From: the human T2T-CHM13v2.0 reference genome, Homo sapiens
DNA: 64,000 nt
Direction: 5' to 3' (one strand)
NCBI RefSeq assembly: GCF_009914755.1
Contig: NC_060925.1
Part shown: piece by piece, positions 49,319 through 60,506 of the stretch
Layout: each line of letters starts with the position of its first letter
Numbering within the stretch: the first letter of the stretch is position 1
Program-made: the position numbers and the translations under genes
The notes under the pieces: model-generated
What the model was told of the DNA's origin: nothing
Database searches by the model: none
Seen by the model: only the letters and a program-made list of their open reading frames with translations

Positions 49319-50165
49319 TACCCTAGTTTGTTTTCTAGTGGTAATGCTTTCACTTATTTTATTAGCTGAATGACCTTGGACAAGTACCTTCAACCTTTCT
49401 GTTAAAATAACTCATTTTCCTACCATCATGTGCTCTTTAAAAACAAGTAAGAGAATTGTATTGATCAGAATAACTTGCTTCTAGAAATACCTGGGGCAGG
49501 AAGGTCACTAATTGATGGAAAGTACTATTTCTTTTTCTTTGAGTACTAGAACTAGCCCAGTATAACACTGCATACACTGTTCCTTTCTTTGAGTCAGATC
49601 TCAGCTAGTATACTCTAGTAAGTATTGATGAAATTGTATGAAAGGTGAAGTAAGTTTCTCTTTTGAGACAGGAGAGTGAACCTATATGCACTCACCTTCC
49701 CCCATGACCTCACTGAAATAAAAGTAAATAAGCACAGGGGAAAAAAAAAACCAAAACAAACAAACAAACAAAACATGTAGTAGGGAGAGGTAGAAAGCAA
49801 TAAACTGGAAATTTCAACAAATCCTAAAATAAAGTGAAAGGGGAGGGTTAATGGTTAAAATGGGTAGAAAATGCCACGGGCTAGAATACACAAGATAAAA
49901 TGACAATTGGAAACTTGAGAGAAACAAAATTCTGAACAATAAAGTCACAGACCACACATGAAGCAAACTACAACTGGACAGGAAAATAAGCAGTTAACAG
50001 AGTGTACGAAAAGGCAATTCATTTGACCTTCATGCTAGAAATAGCCTCATTTGAGAGACCCAGGGGTTATAACATTAAGTCCATGGAAAAGAAAATATCC
50101 TAGCACATTAACATTAAACAATGTTTATATTATTCATAATTGAGTATGTGCAGTATATTGGATTC

Positions 50166-50466
50166 TTTTTTTCTTTTTCTTTTGGAGACAGAGTCTCTCT
50201 CTGTCACCCAGGTTGGAGTGCAGTGGCACAATCTTGGCTCATGGCAATCTCCACCTCCCAGGTTCAAGGATTCTCTTGCCTCAGCCTTCCAAGTAGCTGG
50301 GACTACAAGCACACAGCACCATGCGCAGCTAATTTTTTGTATTTTTAGTAGAGGCAGGGTTTCACCATGTTGCCCAGGCTGATCTCAAACTCCTGAGCAC
50401 AGGCAGTTGCCCACCTCAGCCTCCCAAAGTGCTAGGATTACAGGAGTGAGCCACCGTGCCCAGCCT
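50166..50466 (-). mobile_element. AluS
   Basis: Antisense dimer. Confidence 0.88.
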
Positions 50467-50489
50467 GTTTCTATTTTTTAAAAAACATT

Positions 50490-51106
50490 TTAAATAACTT
50501 TATTTTTTAGGACTGTTTTAAATTTACAGAAAAATTGCAAAATAGTACAGAGAGTTGCTATATACCCTGCAGTCAGTTTCCCGTATTAACATCTTACATT
50601 AGTATAGTCCAGTTGTTACAATTAATGAATGAGTACTGATGTTATTAATAACTGAAGTTCATAACTTATGCAGTTTTTTTTATTTTCTCCCTCATGTCTT
50701 TCTTCTAGAATCTCATCGCATCCAGGTTATCACATTTCATTTCGTTGCCGCGTCTTCTTAGGCTCCTCTAGGCTATAGCAGTTTCTCAGGCTTTTCTTGT
50801 TTTCGATGATTTTGAATTTTGAGGAGTACTAATTACGGTTTTGTAGACTGTCTCTCACTTGGGATTTTTTTATTTTTATTTTTTTCTCATTATTAGACTG
50901 GGGTGATTGGTTTCGTGAAGAGGACCGCAAAGGTAAGGTGCCATTTTTATCACATGAAGTCAAGAGCACATTCATACTATGTATAGATAGTACATACTAT
51001 CAGTATGACTGTTGACCCTGACTTCAATCACCTGATTGAGCTAGAGTTTACCAGGTTTCTCCAATGTATGATTACTTGTCCTCTCCCCCTTTCCTTATTA
51101 TACTTT
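50490..51106 (-). mobile_element. L1MC-like 3' relic, host of LTR12C
   Basis: tttacagaaaaattgcaaaatagtacagagagtt...attaacatcttacattagtat. Confidence 0.65.
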
Positions 51107-52402
51107 TGTGTCCGGAATTGGTGGGTTCTTGGTCTCACTGACTTCAAGAATCAAGCTGCGGACCCTCACGGTGAGTGTTACAGCTCTTGAGGTGGTGCGT
51201 CTGGAATTTGTTCCTTCTGATGTTAGGATGTGTTCGGAGTTTCTTCCTTCTGGTGGGTTCGTGGTCTCGCTGGCTCAGGAGTGAAGCTGCAGACCTTCGC
51301 GGTGAGTGTGACAGCTCATAAAGGCAGTGTGGACCCAAAGAGGGAGCAGCAGCTGGATTTATTGCAAAGAGTGAAAGAACAAAGAGTCCACAGTGTGGAA
51401 GGCAACCCCAGCGGGTTGCCACTGCTGGCTCGGGCAGCCTGCTTTTATTCTCTTATCTGGCCCCACCCACATCCTGCTGATTGGTCCATTTTACAGAGAG
51501 CGGAGTGGTCTGTTTTGACAGGGTGCTGATTGGTGCGTTTACAATCCCTGAGCTAGACACAAAGGTTCTCCACGTCCCCACTAGATTAGCTAGATACAGA
51601 GTGTGGACAAAAAGGTTCTCCAAGTCCCCACCAGAGTAGCTAGATACAGAGTGTGGATTGGTGCATTCACAAACCCTGAGCTAGACACAGGGTGCTGATT
51701 GGTGTGTTTACAAACCTTGAGCTAGATACAGAGTGCTGATTGGTGTATTTACAATCCCTTAGCTAGACATAAAGGTTCTCCAAGTCCCCACCAGAGTCAG
51801 GAGCCTAGCTGGCTTCACCCAGTGGATCCTGCAGTGGGGGGCTGCAGGTGGAGCTGCCTGCCCGTCCCGCAACGTGCGCCCGCACTCCTCAGCCCTTGGG
51901 TGGTTGATGGGACTGGGTGCCATAGAGCAGGGGGCTGCGCTCCTCGGGGGGGCTCGGTCCGCACAGGAGCCCACGGAGCTTGGGGAGGCTCAGGCATGGC
52001 GGGCTGCAGGTCCCAAGCCCTGCCTGGTGGGAAGGCAGCTAAGGCCCTGCGAGAAATTGAGCACAGCAGCTGCTGGCCCAGGTGCTAAGCCCCTCACTGC
52101 CCGGGCCGGTGGGTCCGGCTGGCGGCTCCGAGTGCGGGGTCCGCCTAGCCCACGCCCACCCGGAACTCGCGCTGGCCCGCAAGCACCACGCGCAGCCCTG
52201 GTTCCCGCCCGCGCCTCTCCCTCCACACCTCCCTGCAAGCTGAGGGAGCCGGCTCCGGCCTTGGCCAGCCCAGAAAGGGGCTCCCACAGTGCAGCAGCGG
52301 GCTGAAGGGCTCCTCAAGTGCCGCCAAAGTGGGAGCCCAGGCAGAGGAGGCGCAGAGAGCAAGCGATGGCTGTGAGGACTGCCAGCACGCTGTCACCTCT
52401 CA
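51107..52402 (-). mobile_element. LTR12C (ERV9) solo LTR, ~1.3 kb
   Basis: Minus strand begins tgagaggtgacagcgtgctggc and ends ccaattccggacaca; internal gctagat/cac-ctgattgg tandem repeats; CpG-rich U3; 4-bp TSD cttt. Confidence 0.93.
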
Positions 52403-53579
52403 CTTTTTGGAAGGAATTATGTAGATTTTTAACTTCTAAAGTCAACCTATAAAAAAAGTAGAAAATAGTTTTTTATGATGGCAGTACACAATACAAATAT
52501 TAACCATTTTGTTAGTTGTAAAGTATAGCTGACAAAAATGTAAGAGAGAAGAAAAGTGCAGGAATGGGAAGGGGAGCCACTACATTTTATAGAACAGAAA
52601 GCCAGAGATATGCTATTAAAAATCAATAGAAATTTGAGTACTTATTTAAAAATATAAAAGTTTAGTTCCAAAAGAGGAAATAAAATATATGATTACTGTT
52701 TTAAACATTGGGAAGAGGAGGGTAATATGAGACGTGCTCATTTTTATACTGTGAAATTAACGCTATTGATTAAAGTTGGTAAACCAAGAAGAGCAATATA
52801 GAGTGCAATGGAAGTAAACACCAAGTGATCTCATACCAGATGAAACAAGGAAGTTTTTCTCTGCAGAAGAACTGGAGCTGAGCAAGAAGGGGAGGGAGGA
52901 AAGGCTATTGCTTTTCAATGGAAATTATTTTATACAATGTGATTTATTACCACATGCACAAATTATTTGCTTTAAACAAGAGATGATGTATAGGGTAGTA
53001 CCAGGACTCCTACTGGACAACCTGGTATGACCCTTTTTTTGGGTAGCACCCAGCTTCAGTTATACAAGCAAACCAGCGAACTGCAAAACCTTCATCCATA
53101 CAAACCACATTACAACGTGGTGTTTTGTTGGAACCTCACTTGTGAGATAGTCAAAGGAGCAACCCTCTTAGGTCTTTGATTTGTAGGAAAGGCATTAAAA
53201 AAAGAACTTCCTTTGTTTCCCTGGGATTAAAGATTAGGAAGATTTCAGTTGCAAAAAAAAAAAAAAAAAAAAAAAGAAATTGGCTGAAAGAGGTGTCCAA
53301 TTGTCTCTGGTTGCAAAGTATTGGCAATCAGTGGAAATCCTCTGTGTGTTTCCTGTGTTTAGCATTTATATAACATGTTTCAAGTTTAAAAGCCCTTTAC
53401 TGTCATTAGCTAATTATCTCCCAAGGGCTGCAGGGTAGTTAGAGGAAATGTTGGAATCAAGCCAGTTTTTAGAGCTGTAAGTTGTATACACACATACAAC
53501 TGTGGCAGCCCTGATTCAGGGTGTAGTTGTTACACCATTTCCCACACATAGATCAATCAGTTAGTGTGTGGTTATTCAA

Positions 53580-54377
53580 TCTCTGAAGTTCTTTTTCTAG
53601 ACTTGACATTTTCTTCTCAAGAGGTACAAGTTACTGAAACAGAAGAGCACTTATTCTAATAGCACCTCTCCTAAGTGTCTTGAAAATAAACATTGTTGAT
53701 AGTTTTAGGTTCATCATCAAATCAGAATCCCTGAAGTGAGGCCTGAGTTTGGCGATGGAGATGTGCCCTGGGTGATTCCAATGAAGAGCCACTATCAAGA
53801 ACCACGGACTTAAATGGCCAATAGAGGTTCCCCACACCCACCATCAATAACTATATCTCCAAAAAGAATGAAACACAATATGTGGCTACAGAGAACTTTT
53901 CATAAACGCTACCCATTAATAAATATTAAATCTTGTTTTGTGCCAAATATATATTTTACATTATCAAAGTGCTCAAGAAATTTGGAGGATACAGAAAAAT
54001 AAAAATGCATGTATATCTAAAAAGTCATCACAAAGAGAATCACTGTTCATGTTTCTTCTTTCCATTTTATTTCAATGCTTTGTCTTTTCTTTTTCTTTTC
54101 TTTTCTTTCTTTTTTTTTTTTTTGAGACAGGGTCTCACTCTGTTATCCAGGCTGGAGTGCAGCTGCGCATTCACAGTTCACTACAACCTCGAGCTCACAG
54201 ACTCAAGCGATCCTCCCGCCTTAAGCTTCCCAAGTAGGATAGCTGGGCACACACCATCATGCCAGGTTTGCTTTGTCTTTTAAGAAAATTTATTGACATA
54301 GCAGTTATCAGATTTCATATTGGCTCCATACACCAATAGACCTAAGCAGTTTTGTATCTTGCTTTTCAAATTTGCCA
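53580..54377 (+). repeat. Local duplication copy A (contains a MER5-like fragment; split by an Alu arm at 54085-54266)
   Basis: Colinear alignment with 60025-60506 plus 61801-61911. Confidence 0.9.
54085..54266 (-). mobile_element. Alu right-arm fragment (J/FRAM-like)
   Basis: TSD tgctttgtctttt on both sides. Confidence 0.85.
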
Positions 54378-54611
54378 TTATAATAAGCATTTTTCACTGT
54401 TTCATGCTTTAAAAGTCATCTCTGAAAATGAAATGAGGCAAACAGGAACATTTCTATCCGTGATTACACCAAAATAGAAATACAGGTACTTGCAGAGCAC
54501 AGGCCAACAATATTCTCTGCTTTGGTGTCCATTTAGAATCCTTCAGATCAGCAGGAACTAGAACTTGAACTCAATTTCTGTAGCCACATTCTGACTACAT
54601 TTGGTGTGTGA

Positions 54612-54624
54612 TGCCCTCTACTGG
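54612..54624 (-). promoter_or_regulatory. Candidate CTCF site
   Basis: Minus strand CCAGTAGAGGGCA fits the CCASYAGRKGGC core. Confidence 0.5.
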
Positions 54625-55659
54625 CTATTCTAGGATGGTGCCTTTTCCGTTTGTAAACTGTGTAAGGACTCTAAAGAAGGGGGTTTAGATTGTGTCCATG
54701 CATGTTTGAATGTTCTGTGTCTGTATTTTTATTTATAGGTGTTGCCTTCATGTAGAATTGAAGCTATATGAATACAGGAGCCGGCTGTGTGTCTGTTTCC
54801 TTTTTTTTCATTCAAGAAACATTTTAAAAAATCTACCACATGCCAGGTATGGTGCTAGGAGGCTGGAGACACAAAGATGAAATCTCCACCTTCAAGTGGC
54901 TCATTATCTTAACTACTGGGAGAGACACAGTCAGGCAGGGGAACCTACTCAACATGCCTTGAGTATTCCAGCAGAAGAACTTGATTCTCTGTAGACCATG
55001 GTCTTTCTCCATCTAGAGAAATCATCCTCTCCAGTAAAGTGTCCAGATTTTGGAAAAACACATGTGGCAGAGCCAGGAAGAAATGGGACACCATCTTAAC
55101 AGGGCAGATCCAGCAAATCAGTTCTGGCAATCAGTGGGGTTGACATGTCACAGCCAGCTTGCTGTCAATATACTTGGTAAATTAAAATTTATGATGGAGT
55201 GTAACACAAAAGTAAGATAAAATGAATGGCAATAATTCAGAGTTGTAACTGAGTTCCTATAAGGGAATATACTTCATTTTCCAGAAAAGTGTACTTTATA
55301 TAATATGTAACCAATGAAGGAAGGTATCAATTACATTTTGAAAGCACTTTGTATTTGGAACTTTACCTTGCTTTCTGGGAAAAGAAATTCATATAAAATG
55401 AACCAGTTTTTTTTTTTTAATCTGAGGAAGACCTGGAGCATAGGACAAAGCATTTGATCACTTACATAGTTACCTTATATGTATTAATAGTTCTGTTTGA
55501 CCGCATTATGCACAATTATATAAAAATCCTCTATAGATTAGCAAAGTCTTTTTTTTCAAACCTGAGGACTCTGATGATGGTATTGGCTCTACAAGGTTGG
55601 CTCCATACACCAATAGACCTAAGCATGACTAAACAATATTTATCATAAATATGAAGCCA

Positions 55660-56050
55660 GCAATTGCTGGTTGTATGGTCTTGAGTGAGTTACTTAACTT
55701 CTCTTCAGTTTTCCTTGTTTGGGAAAGGGTATAACCTACCTTATTGTAAAGAAATGGGCTTGTAAAGTATCCATCAGAATTCCTCAGTAGAGCACAGTAG
55801 GTACATCAAAATGACAGAGATGCAAGCTTAAGCCCTGGAGCCAGGCTGACTGGGTTTGAATCTTGGTGCTACACTTCATTAGCTTTGTGACTTTGAACAA
55901 ATCTTTACTTTTCTGGGTCAGTTTCCTCATTGATAAATTAAGGATGATTATAATACCTACAATCATAGCATTGTTGAGCAGATAAAATGAGTTAACACCT
56001 GTAAAGTGCTTCGGAACATTTATGAACATATAGGCCTTAATAAAGGTTAA
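55660..56050 (+). mobile_element. Two MIR relics
   Basis: gagttacttaacttctcttcagtttt; gccctggagccagg..gactgggtttgaatcttgg. Confidence 0.7.
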
Positions 56051-56362
56051 TTGTAATTTATATTGCTATTCCTTTCAGCTTTTAGAGACACTTGCATCTT
56101 TTTGTAGTTCTATATTAAAACCAGGGAGAGACATCTTCCCGTGTATAAAATAACATTTCATTCAATGCTGTCATACCAGCTGTTTTCAGCAGTTTTCCAC
56201 TATTGTGGCCCTGTAACTAGCTCTTCTTTGATATGACCTCAGATCCTCAGTAGAAATTACTTTAAGTTTGGCTGCTTGGCTGTACCATAGTAATTGTAAT
56301 TGTTAGCTCTTGACTTCCTTCTCTAAGCCTCTATGGATTCCCTAAAGAACATGGAGGAAGAT

Positions 56363-56670
56363 GGCCGGGCGCGGTGGCTCAAGCCCGTAATCTCAGCACT
56401 TTAGGAGGCCGAGGCGGGAGGATCATGAGGTCAGGAGATCGAGACCATCCTGGCTAACACAGTGAAACCTCGTCCCTACGAATAATACAAAAAATTAGCT
56501 GGGCGTGGCGGCGGGCGCCTGTAGTCCCAGCTACTCGGGGAGGGGGCTGAGGCAGGAGACTGGCGTGAACCCGGGAGGCTGAGCTTGCAGTGAGCGGAGA
56601 GCGCGCCACGCACTCCAGCTTGGGCTGCAGAGAAAAACAAACAAACAAACAAAACAAAACAAGAACAAAA
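56363..56670 (+). mobile_element. AluY with (AAAC)n tail
   Basis: gagaccatcctggctaacac, gagcttgcagtgag; 18-bp TSD aaagaaca(t/c)ggaggaaga. Confidence 0.92.
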
Positions 56671-56839
56671 AAAGAACACGGAGGAAGAATTATTTGGCGG
56701 CAAATTAGGAAAGCATCGTGTAATCAAGACTCTCCTTTGCAATGCTATTGTCACCTTCTCTCCAAAGTAATTGTACAACAGTGATTTTCTGCAGAAGAAG
56801 CTCTGAGACCTCATTTCAGTCTAAGTTTTTTCATCATTT

Positions 56840-57240
56840 GGTTGATGCTCCTCCCCTTCAACATACATAGTGACAATGTGCTATGTACAGGCCATACAAA
56901 GGGTTGCAAAGAAGGGTCTCCACACTCAAAGAGTGTGAACAAGAAGCAAGGCAAGGATATAACTAATTCACTCACTAATTATAGCAAAAATCCAGCTGTG
57001 ATAACCACTTATAAGGTTACAGAGAGTGAAGGGGATTCTGATTAAGAACTTCGGGAGAGGTTTACAAAGAAGCAACATTTATACTGAGCCTGAAGAATGG
57101 CAAAGGAAGAGAGGAAACATGATAGAGGCAGAGAGTTCAACATGAGCAAAGTCCGGGAAAGTGAAAATACACAGCTTGTTCGGGGAACAGCAGATGGGCC
57201 TGTGTTGTTAGAGCAGAAGGAATGTAGGCAGGTGGTTAGG
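56840..57240 (-). mobile_element. L2 relic
   Basis: tgagcctgaagaatg...ggcagagagttcaacatgagcaaag. Confidence 0.55.
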
Positions 57241-57921
57241 AGATGAGGAACAAAGGTCCCTGGCTCCTCAGGGAGTCCACTCACTTAGTTCTTCTCAGGT
57301 TCCAGGGTGGGGCTTCTCTGACAACTCCCTCAGGATCAGGTCCTAGGTGTAACCTCACATTTCCTCCTTCTCCCAGAAGTCTTCTCTTGACTTCAGCCCT
57401 ATATCCTTTTACATCTTCACATAAAAAGCCCTATTCTTTTTTATTTTACTTCGGACTTTGCCGGTCTGGCATTATTTACCTGCCATCTGTTGTAAAATAT
57501 ATGGAAGATGAAATGGCATGAGACTTTGTACAAAGCATTGGCCCTTTAAGATAAAAATCTGCGCCTAACAAAGTAAGAACAGGACAGGCAGCCTAGCTAG
57601 ACTGTGGGGGGTAGGGGGTGGGAGAGAGATAACTGTGAAGTGAGAAAATGATGCTTGGTACATAGTTGGTGTTCAGTCAATATTCGTTTAATAAATGAAT
57701 TAGGAGACAGCTGGATAGTCTCATGTATTGTGAGATATCTCTGCGGTATGGCCATCTGCCTCTGGAACAGCACCTCCTATTTGGGAAAGAGGAGGGAAAC
57801 AGGAAGGAAAGGGAGAAAATATATGTGTATTGTGGCTTTCCATGCATTTGTGCCAAGGTCAGGTTTGTTTCTAAGTTAGGAATTCCTTGTCTGGCAGTCT
57901 TCTCTTTTAGGGAAGAGGGGC

Positions 57922-57967
57922 GTGTGTGTGTATGTGTGTGTGCACACACATACACACATGACACACA
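57922..57967. repeat. (TG)n-(CA)n inverted microsatellite
   Basis: gtgtgtgtgtatgtgtgtgtgcacacacatacacacatgacacac. Confidence 0.8.
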
Positions 57968-58244
57968 AATACAATGACCCAATATTTATTCCCTTCTAGT
58001 CATGCCAACACCTAAAGACCTCAGGCTACAAAATCATTTCTTTGCCAGAGGTAAACTGGGGGAAAATGATAAGAAAAAAAAGCTAAAAACATTCAGTGAG
58101 AACTCAGTTTTCTTGGTAAACATATATATTTGGCACTTAAGATGCAAAGAAGTCTTGATTCTAATCCCAAAGAGCTTTTAATGTGGGAAGACATAAAGCC
58201 AGGGTATTTAATGCATGGGAGATAGTGCAGTCACAGAACCCAAG

Positions 58245-58405
58245 GCCTTCCTACTCCACGTGTGGCTCCACCAGCGGCAGCATCTCCTGGAAGTTTGTTA
58301 GAAATACAGACTGTCCAGTTCCACCCAAGACTGACTGAATGTGATTTTTGTCTTAACAAGTCCCTAGGTGAATCATTTGCATGCTAAATATTTGAGAAGT
58401 ACTGA
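58245..58405. mobile_element. MER5A
   Basis: cagcatctcctggaagtttgttagaaat...aacaagtccctaggtga...tttgagaagtactg. Confidence 0.75.
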
Positions 58406-58439
58406 CCCAGGGGGTGGGGTTGGGATCTGGGACTGATTC

Positions 58440-59090
58440 TTACAGGAAATAAATCCTGAGCTGTGTTTTGAAGATGAGTACGGTTAACCAGGTGGTGTTC
58501 CAAGCAGAGGAAACAACATAAGCAAAAGTTCAGTGGTATGAAAAAGCACAGGGGTGTTTTGGGAACCTGTCGCCTAAAATTGGTAATCAAAAGAGAGAGT
58601 GTGGGAGAGAGGAGGCAAGGGAAATGCAGAGAGATGACGCAGTTCAGGCAGTGGCCAGATCCTGCTGCATGTGTTCTAGGGTAAGGAGATTTGACTACAC
58701 CTAATCCTTGACAGAGACGCATGATGACATGTTGAGATTTGCATTTAGATCACTGCAACCCTGAGGAGGCTGAAAGACAGAGAGATTAATTAGGAAGCTG
58801 AGGCAATAGTTTTGGAGAGAGATAATGAGAGTCTAAACTTAGGTTGTGGCAGTGGGGATGAAGAGGAGGGGGCAGGTTTAAGATATTTTAGGCACTAATA
58901 AACAGATGAAAGACTTCAGAATGGATTGGAGGTGGGAGGATGAGGGAGGGCTGAGTTTTGACTAGATGACTCGTAAGCTGGGATTAGTGTGTGGCTGTTC
59001 ATGATGCCACTAACAGAGATGAAAGGATACAGGAGGACGAACAGGTTTGAAATTATGAGTTCAGTTTTCAAAATGTTCAGCTTAGGTGAA
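58440..59090 (-). mobile_element. L2 relic
   Basis: gagatttgcatttagatcact; ttaggaagctg.ggcaatagt; tgagttcagtttt. Confidence 0.7.
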
Positions 59091-59103
59091 TATAAAACAT
59101 GTA

Positions 59104-59491
59104 TAGATGGTCTCTGACTTACTATGGTTTGACTTTATAGCTGTGTGAAAGTGACGTGCATTTAGTAGAAACTATAATCCAATTTTGAATTTTGATCTTT
59201 TTGCAGGCTAGTGACATGAAGTAGGATACTCTTTTCCAAGGCTGGGCAGCGTCTCCCAGTCAGCGATGTAATCACAAGGGTAAACAACTGATATTCTACA
59301 ATGTACTGTGCTGCCAGATGACTTTGCCCAACTGTAGGCTAATGTAAATGTTCTAAGCACATTTAAGGTAGGTTAGGTGAAGTTATGATGTTCAATAGGT
59401 TAGGCATATTAAATGCATTTTTGACTTGTGATATTTTCAGTTTATGAAGGGCTTATTGGGATGTAACCTCAAGTAAGTGGAGAAGTATCTG
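59104..59491 (-). mobile_element. MER47A (Tigger) DNA-transposon relic
   Basis: gcccaactgtaggctaatgtaa.tgttct.agcac.tttaaggtagg; degenerate cagat..tc TIRs. Confidence 0.8.
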
Positions 59492-60506
59492 CATAGAAGG
59501 GAAAAAAGGAGGAAACAAGAAAAGGGTGGAGAACAGGGTGAATCAATCAGGATGGAGGAGGAAAAAATGCTCTGCCCATTTCCGGGGCAACAGTAATACA
59601 CATAGTGTATCTGTGAGCTTTTCTTGTAGTTGTATTTCCAGAGGTTGCCTCCTTGAAACTTGGTTCCAGCAACTGGGTGGACCCTGAAAAAAGGTAAATA
59701 ATTTGATTCATGGTTTCCTATCTGGTGATCAACTCATTGTTGCCACCGTTTGCTCTATGAAAAAAAAAAAGTTTTTTAATCTGTGGTTCAAACTGCTCCA
59801 ATGTCAGTTTGTCTTTTTCCAGATTCCTGAATGTTTGAATAACTTTGTCCATGTCTCAAACACTGTTTCCAAAGTGGCAATAATACAATCCAGTATGTGT
59901 GTGTGTGTTTCTATAGGTCATCCTTCAAGCTCTGGATGACTCTTCTGCCACAAATCTTACCCATCTGTGAACTGTTACAGCTCTTTTATTTGCACCTTAA
60001 AATTCAGAACTGGATCATAGCCTGTCTCTAAAGTTATTTTTTCTAGACTTGACATTTTCTCAAGGAGTACAGGTTACTGAAACAGAAGAGAAATTAGTCC
60101 AATAACATCTCTTTTAAATGTCTTGAAAATAAACATTGGTGACAGTTTTGGTTCATTATCAAATCAGAACCCCTGAAGTGAAACCTGAGTATTGGCACTT
60201 ACTAAAAGTGCCCTGGAGGATTCCAGAGTAGAGTCACAATCAAGAACCACTGACTTAAATGGCCAAGAGAGCCCCCCACCTCCGCATCACTAAGTATATC
60301 TTCAAAGAAAATGAAACATAATATTTGGCTAAAGAGAACTTTTAACAAACACTAATCATTAATAAATAATAAATCTTGTTTTAGGCCAAATATATATTTT
60401 ACATTATGAAAGTGCTCAAGAATTTGGAGATATAGAAGAACACATAATCATGTGTATATAAAAAGTCATCACAAAAAGAATCATCGTTCATGTTTTAGAA
60501 TTCTTT

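Noticed and set aside
48727-49326. 199-aa ORF
   Set aside because: Non-ATG start, C-terminal ~90 aa from an antisense Alu, no recognisable domain
51144-52396. Dense overlapping ORFs and tandem repeats superficially like an array or CRISPR
   Set aside because: All lie inside the GC-rich LTR12C; the repeats are its normal U3 units with no unique spacers
53253-53275. Isolated long A run (and the T run at ~11118-11142) as poly(A)-only retro-insertions
   Set aside because: No convincing TSD; simple homopolymer expansion is sufficient
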